From: Lytechinus pictus
Taxonomy: Eukaryota
Direction of reading: 5' to 3'
DNA: 60,000 bases
Assembly (NCBI RefSeq): GCF_037042905.1
Contig: NC_087251.1
Span: 48,052,001 to 48,112,000 of the forward strand
A program made the translations under genes and the position numbers. Below, one piece after another: positions 1 to 11,800 of the stretch. Every line of letters begins with the position of its first letter. Within the stretch, counting starts at the first letter, position 1. The notes beneath the pieces were generated by a model. It ran no database searches. It was not told the origin of the DNA and worked only from the letters and a program-made list of their open reading frames with translations.

Positions 1-224
1 GTTGACTTTGTTACATTGAAATATCAAACATTTCTCTTTTGTTATTTATTTACCCTTTGATTATACATTACAATAATCCAAGGGCGGGAAGGGGCTATGC
101 CACTCCTATCAGCTTGGGAATTCCATACTCATTTTATTACAGCCCAATGGAATGTGAAAGAAAAACTAGATGATTAATTCCTTAAACTTAAAAAAAAAAT
201 CATTTATTTGATACTAAAGGGCTA

Positions 225-1187
225 ATAAGTTCATTGACCTCAACTGACCTTTAACCTTGACTAGTAAACACATTGTTCCTTTATTTTGATTAAATACTTT
301 TAAAATCATGAACAAGATATAGAGTTTTATCAGTTAATTGACCTGTATTGATCTTTGACCTTACAATATACTAAAAAAATTGATACCATCATATTCAAGT
401 TTAACTGAATATTGAAGGAGTTAAGATTTCAAAATTAACTTGAGAATTCAAAGTCTTTGCTTTTGGTTGATTATTGAAAAGTTGATACCAGTTTAATGAT
501 GCCCAAATAACATTAACAGTGACCTGAAATTACTCTTCTCCATTTGCTGATAATTGATTATCATTATATTTAAGCTTTAAGAAATAGAGACTTAAATTCA
601 TTAAATGATCTTGAAAAATAAAAATATCAATGTTGGTTAACTATTTTAGGTTGATACCAAAACATGATCAAGGTTCAATGACCCTGATCATGTGAGCTGG
701 AACTCATGCTAAATGATTATTGACAATTGATCACCTTTATGTCTAAGTTTGAACCTTATACTTAATGTTGTAATGTAATAAAGCAATGTTGACATTTTAA
801 AATCTTGACCTTGCTTTTACAATTTCAAAGTTGACGACACCGCCCTGTCGGAAAAGTAGCGCCTGTCTCGCTTCTGCCATGACCTCAAATGACCTTGACC
901 TTGTCTTGGAAACACATTTCTTATCATTAGTGATATCCAATAACAATCTGATATAAGTTTTATATAATTTGATTGATACTTTTGAAGACAATGAACAAAG
1001 CATCAATTTTCATGCAAATTGATCAAAATTTACTTTTGACCTTAACCAAAACATTATCATTCTTTAAATGATGATACCTGACAAACATTATATCCAAATA
1101 TAAAATATAGGATTTTAATGTTGATGCTGCCGCTGTCAGAAAAGCGGAGCCTATGTCTTGCTTCTGCTTTGCAAGCAAGACCAAAAT
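225..1187 (+). mobile_element. Decayed copies of the HINE-like family seen intact at 9420-10518
   Basis: TTGACCT..TGACC core motifs and two 3' ends (GTCGGAAAAG..GCGCCT..GTCTCGC at ~835-876 and ~1125-1187). Confidence 0.6.
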
Positions 1188-1272
1188 TCATATTTGTTCA
1201 TATTCGTTGATATAAATTAAATTAATTTTGCACAAGATATTTATTGGAAATCACAAATGATGTTAAATAATG

Positions 1273-1583
1273 GGCCCGTATTCTGAAGTCGGGTTTATGT
1301 TAAACTCAGGTTTAAAGTTGTGGTGTAAGTATGGGAAGCCAAAAGTATCAAAAATTTTATTAAGTTGTATGTTTCTTATATTTACTGTGCTCTTTCCTGA
1401 TACATCGATGGTGAACACAATCATCTATTTATACTTCCTACACAATTATGAATGATTTGAGAGCCAAATGAGCTGAAGTATGATATCTCTACTGTTAGTG
1501 ATTTATGTAACAATTGGCTCGCCATACTTAAACCACAACTTTAAACCTGAGTTTAAGTTAAACCCGACTACAGAATACGGGCC
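1273..1583. mobile_element. Harbinger-like MITE, copy 1
   Basis: TIR GGCCCGTATTCTG..CAGAATACGGGCC; closely similar to 4030-4309. Confidence 0.85.
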
Positions 1584-1646
1584 ATAGTGTGTTTCTAAGT
1601 TGAGTGTTTCAATGGTTCAACATATTTTGCAAGTAGTAAAGTAATT

Positions 1647-1941
1647 TGTGACCAGCCAACCCAAAACCAATAATAAGTCACCCAAAATGAATTTTGAGAT
1701 TGAAGTTCTGGGTTCCCTCAAGCAATCTCAGTCAAACTTTTAAACTGTCTGCAAAACAAAAGTCAAATAAACTCTAGTATCTTATTTTCTATTTGAATTT
1801 ACAACTTGAAATTTTGACAGTATGAAGAAGAATTAAAGCTAATTTTTTTTTGTAATTTTTTGATGACCAAATGACTATTTTGGCTATTCCCTGCGAACCT
1901 TCCCTGGTGACTTATTATTGGTTTTGGGGTGGGTGGTCACA
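1647..1941. mobile_element. MITE with ~37-bp imperfect TIRs
   Basis: TGTGACCAGCCAACCCAAAACCAATAATAAGTCACC .. GGTGACTTATTATTGGTTTTGGGGTGGGTGGTCACA. Confidence 0.75.
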
Positions 1942-2135
1942 TTTGTTCAGAGGCCTATTGCACATGCTTGTAAAAGGGTCTTCAAAACTGCAGAGATGTC
2001 ATCATCTATTGGATGAGCTATAAGAACCACAAGATCCCTTCACATCAGTAGTGTTCCTCAGCAAAGCACTGATCTTAATTTGACTCTCTCCATCCAGGTG
2101 TTAAATGGTAAGGACATCAGAAGTGGCCTTACAGA

Positions 2136-2645
2136 GATGAGGCACCATCGAAGCACCTCACACACTTTCCTCGGTGAATGTGCACCACATATCTAATTAT
2201 CAATCAAATCTTGGATGCTGCTGTTGACATAAAAAGTGGCCTAGCAGAGATATGGTACTATCGGAGCACCTCGCACACTTTCCTCGGTGAATGTGCACCA
2301 CATATCTAATTATCAATCAAATCTTGGATGCTGCTGTTGACATAAAAAGTGGCCTAGCAGAGATAGGGTACCATCGGAGCACCTCGCACACTTTCCTCGG
2401 TGAATGTGCACCACATATCTAATTATCAATCAAATCTTGGATGCTGCTGTTGACATAAAAAGTGGCCTAGCAGAGATAGGGTACCATCGGAGCACCTCAC
2501 ACACTTTGCTTGGCGGATGTGCACAACGCATCTAATTGTCAATCAATCCTTGGATGCTGCTGTTGACACCAGAAGTGGCCTAACAAAGATGAGGCACCGC
2601 CGGGGCACCTCACACACACTTCGCTAGGTGGATGTGCACCAGACA
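2136..2645. repeat. Tandem repeat, 113-bp unit, ~4.5 copies, just downstream of the FANCL stop
   Basis: TCCTCGGTGA recurs at 2168, 2281 and 2394; the outer copies are more diverged. Confidence 0.92.
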
Positions 2646-2742
2646 TCTTGTTCTCAATCACATATGTGACGACTCTCATCTGTCCTCACACATATTTGCT
2701 CAGCGGATCTGAACCTATTGGTAATCACAGTTGTGAGGGTGA

Positions 2743-2862
2743 TCATCTGTCTTTGATCTTCTTGACTGATATCTGTTTTGTGCAGTATGGACACTCTCCA
2801 TACAGGATGTTGAACCCTACTCCCGTAATAGACTGGTAGCTTGACGGCAAGGCACGCAACCA
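2743..2862 (-). CDS. FANCL: FANCL exon 10, C-half of RING and stop (WLRALPSSYQSITGVGFNILYGECPYCTKQISVKKIKDR*)
   Basis: CCTCCCCAG acceptor; WLR..GECPYC motif; TGA at 2743-2745. Confidence 0.95.
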   Translation of the reverse strand, partial: WLRALPSSYQSITGVGFNILYGECPYCTKQISVKKIKDR

Positions 2863-5800
2863 CTGGGGAGGTAAAGCAAAGAAAATTTACGATTTACAAA
2901 AGAGGGAAATTCCAAAGTCATCAAAGCATTTAGGCCCTATTGTAGAAAGGTTACTATTAAGAATATACCATCCAAAGGGAACTTCCTTTAATCATGGATT
3001 CTGATAAGCTGTTGAGCATTGTTACCATGGTAATTGCAATTGGATGGCAAAGATAGCATAACAGTAACTTTTATGAAACAGGACCCATATTTGATTGATT
3101 GTAAATGTATAGGCCTATATCCATTTACAATATTTGCACATAAAAATACAAACTTGATGTATTCTCAACCAACTTGTTGAAATTCATGCTTGTGCCATTG
3201 CCACACTAAAGATATATTACAAACCTTACTTCTAACATTTCAAATGGCCTCTGTGTCCTTGTGACGCAAATATCTGATATCATTTTCACTTCCTTATGCA
3301 TACCTTTATCGATCACAATAATATTCCTTCAACTGTCAAAAAAATATATACATGTACAGTATGTGACCTCTGACCATATGACCCACATTTAATCAGGTTA
3401 TTACAGTGTACAGGGGTGTGAGAGTTCAGATTTTTATCTGATTTCAGATTTTTTTGTTTTGATTTTCAGCTTAATTTCAGCTTATTTTTGGCCTTCCTCT
3501 GTACAAAAAAGTATGGGAGCTCTTTCTATTTCAGACTTTTTCAACACTCTTCAGCTTTTTTCAGATCTTTTTATTTGTGACCACTCACACCCCTGAGTGT
3601 ATATGTGTACAGAGCCAAGGTTGACGTTGATCCTTCAATTAGTTCTTTAATTATTGTGAGAATAACATATTTCAACATCTATAATGACCTCTGTTACCAA
3701 TGACATCATTGCAAGTCTTACACGCACACTTGGGCCAAGTTTGAATTTTAATGTCTGGAGGCATTATATTTATAGGTTGTCCATCTATCCAATTCATGTT
3801 CCTGCGATAACTAAAGAACCGTTTAATGATCAACCAAAGATAATGTCTATTTGGTCTAAGACCCATTGTCTACATGAGTAGATAATTGTTTATGAACCAA
3901 ATTTTCATGAATAATTAGTAGACAAAGTTGGAATTGGACCAACTGGGCACTAGAGTAGATATAAATTAGACTAAGTGGCTTTTAGATCAAGTTTAGTGGA
4001 GACCAGTCAGCAATTTGGGTAGACCAAATGGCCCGTATTCTGAAGTCAGGTTTAACTCTAAAATTATGGGAAGCCAAAAGTGTCAAAATTTTCATTAAGT
4101 TGTATGTTTACTGTGCTCTTTCCTTATTCATCGATGGTGAAGACAATTATCTATTTATACTTCCTAGACAATTATGAATGATTTGAGAGCCAAATGAGCT
4201 GAAATATGATATCTCTACTGTTCGTGATTTATGTAACAATTGGCTATCCATACTTAAACCACAATATTAAACCCGAGTTTAAGTTAAACCCAACTTCAGA
4301 ATATGGGCCAATGGGTTTAGCCGATGTAGTATTAAACCATCTGAGAAGAACACCAACTACTTGTATATCAATAACCCCCACTTCTAACTTTTAAATCTTA
4401 CTCACCTCATAGAGACAAGTTTGGTGAAATGGTTTGTTGCAATGAGGGTTGTCACAGACCTGATCGGGAATGACTGCATCCAGGCTATAGGAGTAGCATA
4501 TTCCACATTCCTCTTTGAAGTCCTAGAAAAAACAAAAACAAATAATGCTTGATAAATAAATTAAATCAATCAATTAAAATAATACATATACATGTATGTA
4601 TTTGGTTGAAATTCCCAAGAGTACCCTTTAATTTGCAAATGTTACTTACCATGAAAAGCTCTAAAAAAATGAAAATCTAAACGCTCAAGTCTAAGAACAG
4701 AGGTTCAATGCCAAGCACTGCCTAGCCTGCATCTGGCAATCTTATGTAGTACTGATGTCACACCATGAAATTTGAGGCTCTATGACAGTCATTGAACAAG
4801 GCATATTGTGCATTAAAAGTAATCTTACTTGTGATGCCAGGAGGTGTTTCATAAAGCTGTAAAGTCATGAATGACTGGAAGATGTTCTTTAGTGCAAGAG
4901 TAATAACTATAAAGACATAACCATGTCAAGTTACAGGAATGGGAAGGAGAACCTACCTGAACCTGTGATTCTGCAGGTGTGGGGAAGTCCACCTCAAGGA
5001 CGTTGCGAAGGTTTGTCAAGAGAGACGATTGGCTGTTCCAAGCATGCAGGTTGGTGTTCAGGAGTTTCCGTACAGGATTGATAACTAAAGACAAATAAGA
5101 CAGATAAGAACATTCACTAATCTGTTCAAAGCCAGATTATTGATGTTTTTTTTTCATAGCCTCATTATGAGATTTGGTTCCCACAGGCAATGAAAATAGA
5201 TGTTATAACATTTAATCAACATAATAAATAAAGATGAATAAGAAATGAAAAATGGTGACAATGATAAATATGATGGTGATGGTTATGATGATGATGATGA
5301 TGCTGCGAACAATGATGATAATGTCAAATGTTAATAAGGTCAATGATAATGATGGTGACTGTTGATCATGATGACAATGAAAATTGTATGATGATGATAG
5401 TGATTGATGAAGATGATGAAACAGATGGTGATGATGAACAAGAAGATAATGATGATGAGAATGATGAAGAAAATGATGGTGGTGATAAGAATGATGATGA
5501 TTGTGATGAGAATGATGATGGTGATGATGACGATGATAAGAATGATGATGATGATGGTGATGATTATGATGATTATGATAAGAATGATGATGATGGTGAT
5601 GAGAATGATGAAGATGATGGTAGTGAGGATGATGGTGATGATGATGGTGATGAGAATGATGAAGATGATGATTATGATGTAGACGATGTTAAGTGAGGAG
5701 ATATTGTAAAAGGCCAGGAAGGGATGAGATGAAACATGCATCATCACTACACCTGACATATTAGTGTGAAATGAGAATACTGCACATTCTTTTATCAATA

Positions 5801-8800
5801 CAATGTTTGATGAAACCAAATGGAAAGTATACAAAATGACTGTAGACCAGGGGCCCATTGCATCAAACTTTTGCCATAAAAAAAACTCTGGCAAACAAAA
5901 TTATGCCACTGATAATTACACGTAAAAAAAACTCTGGCAAAAAATTTGCCAGTTTTCTTAAGGCAAAAGTTTCATGCAACGGGCCCCAGGTGGCAATTGA
6001 CCACAACATTCTCTGTTATGAAAATCTTCAGAAATTGATTACTCACCATTATCAGCCCCAAGGAATCTACATTTAGGCAGCATACGTGGGTGAAGAGGAT
6101 CCACTTCAATCTGAATTGAAAAATTACTTCCTGTTCATAAAACACACACACACACACAAAATCAATGAGAAATGTACAGGTAAGTACAAGTTACTCTACA
6201 TAGTCATATCTCTTGAAACCATAAACAATGCAAATGTCTTTGACTTAAATTGAGAATATGACATAAATTTAATAAATATTACATTTATATTGCATATTCT
6301 GCTCTAAAAATTGCTTTGATAACTGGTTATTTGAGCTGTGGTATTAAAGTCATCTTTACAAACTAAAACGACATAATTAATAAAGTGATGTCTTGGTAAT
6401 TACAAAATACATTGCAGTTTTAATCTTGATAAAATGAAGTGATAAAGGCCAAAGACAACAAATGAAAACCAAGAAATGATTGCATTCATATCATTACAAA
6501 TTTGGTAGGGGAAAATGTTTTGTTTTTCTCAATAGAAAGAGGAAAATTCTAAATCACAAAATGATTACAAGAGAATATGATTTTGCCATCCTTGTATGAC
6601 TGGCAAAAGATTTATTTTCATTTTAGAGCATCATGAATTACTGGAATTAAGCTTATTAAAAAGGTTAATCTTTTGGGACCATAGAAATTTGTTTGTCTTG
6701 AAAGAAGTTTGAAATAAATGAGGTATATGAACACATATTTTACAAAACTGATCTTAAAAAAAAAAAAAAAAAACTTTCACCTCAGATGAATAAATGACAA
6801 ATACAAGTTCAATTGTATATTTGCATCTTACATTACCCATAAAATTTCATGACACAAATATTCAAATATTGCTGATTTTTTTTATATGGTACAGAAATAC
6901 TTTTGTTTGGATCACAGCAAATTTATTAGTGAAAATCGTTATTTGTTTAATGATATGTTCTTAACGTCTGTCTTCATTTTCTCAGAAACAAAGGCATTTG
7001 ATTTTCTTCAAAACATCTGGGAATTATTTTATAATCTAAATGACAATTTCCTCCCTTTTTCTACGGTATCTCTGGTTCTCTTAACCCATGTATATAACAA
7101 TGTAGATTCAATGGTTATCAAGATGCATTATCAACATATTTCCATGAAAATAAACAAAAACAAGAAATCTACCAGCTCTTGAACATGAAAGAAGTTAGGA
7201 GGTGCAAGAGCTCAACTGGTAGAGCATTGTTCTCGTAATCCCGGCAACCCGGGTTAGAAACCAAGTTGGAGTGCTAGTGTCTTTTGGTATAGACTTTTAC
7301 CAATATTACAGGGCCTTCAGCCTTTGGTCCTTTGGTTGCCTACTAACATGCTTTCTTCGCAAGTTAGGTAAAATGACCTCCACTATAAACCAATAACCAA
7401 GTTGTATGCCCACAAAAGCTACACCAGTGATTGCTTACCTAGGGCTATTCTCCGGCTGACATCCATTGGTCCAGGTTTCTCCGGTTCTAGGACCCATGTA
7501 TTGTTATCAATCTCGGCCATCTCCTCCCAGAATGACCCGTATTTCAGCAGGAATCCTTCAAACTTAGTCAAGACATCATCGAGGTGGAGCTATGAAAAAG
7601 ACATAGAAAGACAAGGACAATCAATTAAACCTAAATCAAACAATAAAAAAAAAAAATTGAACAGAAGATGAATCCATGGGACCAGGTATAACAATTGTTC
7701 TTCTGTTCTAGTACCCATTTATTCTTTTCAATCTCGGCCATCTCCAAGAATGATCTTCTCCCAAGACAATCAATTATACCTGAACCAAAAAACAAATCTA
7801 ACATCTGGAATGAAACATTGTTATATACATGTATCTCTACACATCTTTTTTGGTATAATAATTGTTCTGTGCTATGCCCGAGCAGATGCAATTATACTAC
7901 CCCACAGGATGTCTCACAAAGTAAACTTTACAAATATGATATGGCAAGTAGAACTGCTTCTCAATCATCAATGGTATTAGCCTTAAGTCCCCATACAAAG
8001 TCAACAGTGATAGTTACACATTATATACTCATCAAAGATTATAAGCTACAAAAGGCAATAAATTAAGCAATAAAGACTCGTCAAAGTTTTTGAGAGGATG
8101 TTTATCAAATGACAAGGGTCCACATCACTATCTTATAAAACAAATAATACACATACATGTACATTTTCTAAGACATTAGTATAAATAAAATTAAAATAAA
8201 ATTACCCTAAGTCAGTATTTTTAAATAACCCACCATCCCTTGCTATGCCTTGGGCATGTTCCAATTGTATCACAGTTACCAGGAGGCGCGATAGCTCAGT
8301 CGGTAGAGCGGGGGACTCGTATTCCGGTGACCCGGGTTCGATTCCCACTTGGTGCGCTAGTGCCCTTTGGTAAGGCATTAATCCTCAGTACCAGGTCCTT
8401 CGGAGGGGACCTTAAGCCGTCGGTCCTCTGGTTGCTTGCTTACAAGCATTCATGCTTTCTTAGCAATCAGGTAAAAAAATCACCACCACCTTGTGCATGT
8501 AGTTTTATTAGTGATATCCTCACTTATTTATATTGTTTGTATTATAACAAATGAGGTGCCAGTCTCGTCTGCATTGCATGATTTAGTATGATAGTGCTGA
8601 TTTGAAACACAAATGAAATGGATATTTTTTGTAAGATAGAGAGAAAAAACCCCATTCCTTTGATAATAATATCCTAGGCTTGTTAACCTTAAATGACCCT
8701 TGACTAAGACTCTTGTTATTAATTTCATTTGTGATATCCAATAACAATCTCATAAATGTTTCTTTGAATTAGATTCAATATCATGCAGGTGAGAAAAAAA

Positions 8801-11800
8801 CTGAGGAAAATTCCTCATCGAGTATATTTAAAGATCAAGATTAGTTTCTGAACCATTCCCATTTGATCCATCTCCCCTCCATATAATGACCACCTACCTT
8901 TGGAGTCCAATGCAGTTTAAAATAATCCTTCTCTATGTTGGTACAAACAGGGGTATTTGATGGGTGCTGTAAAGAGTGAAATACAATACATAAATGAGTG
9001 AGTACACGTATGGGCACTAGTATTCAACCCGGCATAATTCAAAGATTTGGATAAATTTCCCCAAATATTTAGAAATAGGGAATTTATCTTAATTTCATAT
9101 CTTTGTTATTTCCAGTGTAATCTGTTGTCGGTATTTTCTTTATTAATCTGTCGACTGTATGCGCAGATGATCGAATTATGCTGCGATGACCTTTTGCACT
9201 GAATTGCACTAGTATTCAACCTACTGATGATAGATAGCGGATCTCAAAATGGTTTAGATTGCTAAACTAGATCTAGATCTATGTAAGTCTCTGGCTTTGA
9301 CTAATCCATGTTTGGTCTCATCTCAAATGGTCTAGTCCATAGTCGGATGGGACAAGGGCAGATTGAGAGACAGGGCCATCTTTCATCGCTAGGTTGAATA
9401 CTAGTGCCAACGGGTTGAAAACAAGTGGAATGCCTCTGGCCGTCTCACCTGCATCACGCGATTCAATATAGCAGCAGTGCTGATTTTAAAAACTACTATA
9501 ACTCGCACAAGATGTTCAGTGATACTTGGTTACTCTTATTTCCACGTTTTATGAACTAGACCCATACACTTATAGAGATATGATGGTAATTCAACAAATA
9601 CCCCCAACGTGGCCAAAGTTCATTGACCTTACATGAACTTTGACCTTGATCATGTGACCTGAAACTCGCACAGGATGTTCAGTGATACTTGATTACTCTT
9701 ATGTCCAAGTTTCAAGAGAAAGATCCATCAACTTTCCAAGTTATGATGGTAATTCAACAGATACCCCCATTATGGCCAAAGTTCATTGACCTTTGACCTT
9801 GGTCATGTGACCTAAAATGCGCAAAGGATGTTCAGTGATACTTCATTACTCTTATGTCCAAGTTTTATGAACTAGACCAACACACATTCAAAGTTATGGC
9901 GGTAATTCAACAAATACCCCAATTTGACCAAAGTTCATTGACCCTAAATGACCTTTGACCTTGATCATGTGACCTGAAACTTGCACAGGATGTTCAGTAA
10001 TACTTGATTACTATTATGTCCAAGTTTCATGAATCAGATCCATAAACTTTTAAAGTTATGATGGTAAATCTACAGATACCCCCAATTCGGCCAAAGTTCA
10101 TTGACCCTAAATGACCATTGACCTTGGTCATGTGATGTGAAACTCATGCAGGATGTTCAGTGATACTTGATTAACCTTATGTATAAGTTTCATGAACTAG
10201 GTCCATATATTTTCTAAGTTATGATGACATTTCAAAAACTTAACCTTAGGTTAAGATTTTGATGTTGATTCCCCCAACATGGTCTAAGTTCATTGACCCT
10301 AAATGACCATTGACCATGGTCATGTGACATGAAACTCAGGCAGGATGTTCAGTAATACTTGATTAATCTTATGGCCAAGTTTCATGAACTAGGTCCATAT
10401 ACTTTCTAAGTTATGCTGTCATTTCAAAAACTTAACCTCAGGTTAAGATTTGGTGTTGACGCCGCCGCCGTCGGAAAAGCGGCGCCTATAGTCTCACTCT
10501 GCTATGCAGGTGAGACAACTAGTGCAAAAAACCATCGCCGTATAATTTGATCGCCCGCGCACACAGTCGACGGGTTGAAGAAAAAAATAACGCAAAAAGA
10601 ATAACCAGCATTTGCTCTTGGAAATAAGACAGGTCCGAAATTAAGGTAAATTCCATATTTCTATATATTTGAGGAAACTCTCCAAACGGGTTGAATACTA
10701 GTGCCCTTACGGTATTGTATAATGTAAATGGTTCATAAAAGGAAACAATCTGTGTATATATGTAGCTTTTCTGTGCCGGGTGGGTGTTTCATAAAGCTGT
10801 CCGTCGTATGTTACGAACGACTCTACGAGTGACCCTTTCTTATGAATTAAATCAACTCTAATTGAAATCCGGTGTGTATCACTTAATACCACAAGAAAGG
10901 ATCACAGGTTACAAACAGCTTATGAAGCACCCACCCTTGCATAACATTTACAATTATAGCAAGTTTAATCCTTAGTTTTATTTGGCCAATGAGTACAGTT
11001 CAGTTGCTACGGTAATTACCAGTGGAAGGCCGAGTTACCATAATAGTAAATTCTATGCAATGTTCTAAAGAGCCAATTAAATGCTGTAATGCAGTAATGT
11101 ACATGTAATGGCTCCAATTTCAAATTGCCTTTTTACAAACAATCCCTTTTATTGAAAAATCAACTTTTTAAAATCAGTTCACAGTTATACTTTGGATTAC
11201 ATTCATTTCTCACAATATATTTCTTATCCAATGTTGACAAATGAATTGTTTTCGCTCAAGCTGAGATCTACCTTTTTTTGGTTATTTTTTGCACAAAAAT
11301 GAAGCTCTAAAACATAACATCTACATGTATGAGCAAGTTACTAATTTCTGCTTGTGATACAGGTTTTCAAATCTTCATAATAAGATAAGGTCATTCCATG
11401 TCGCTTCACTTCAAACCCTTTAATGATTGAACAAGAAGTCAGATGCTTCTGATAATGGGTGTCAGTTTATTCCCCTTGAAAGACAAAACACATATTTTCT
11501 CCACACAGATCCCCACCTCTGAATGAACTTGTACAGCAATATTGTGTGTTTTATCAGATGAATAATTGCAGGTTAGCTCAAACTGACTCAAATCTGGCTC
11601 AAGATGTGTTACCCTGCACAGAAAAAAAGAAGTTTTTAATCAATAAATGGAATACAAGAAAGGGTCGGTTGTAAAACTTTAATTCATTCAAGATAACAGA
11701 ATTATAGTTTGCCCATCACCTTCATCAACAGTGATTATTTGTTTAACATTTACTTTGGGCATCAGGGTCTTCATTTATCATTGGACTCCACTAGCAAATT

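Noticed and set aside
2654..2863. Listed 69-aa ORF as the FANCL C-terminus
   Set aside because: Wrong frame; the true exon frame reads WLRALP..GECPYC and stops at 2743.
5328..5894. Poly-Asp, poly-Met and poly-Ile ORFs
   Set aside because: Translations of a (GAT)n microsatellite inside FANCL intron 7.
8282..8356. Apparent tRNA gene (likewise at ~48930-48998, 45185-45257, 53568-53640)
   Set aside because: The tRNA-like head runs into a SINE body, and diverged dispersed copies exist; these are SINE heads.
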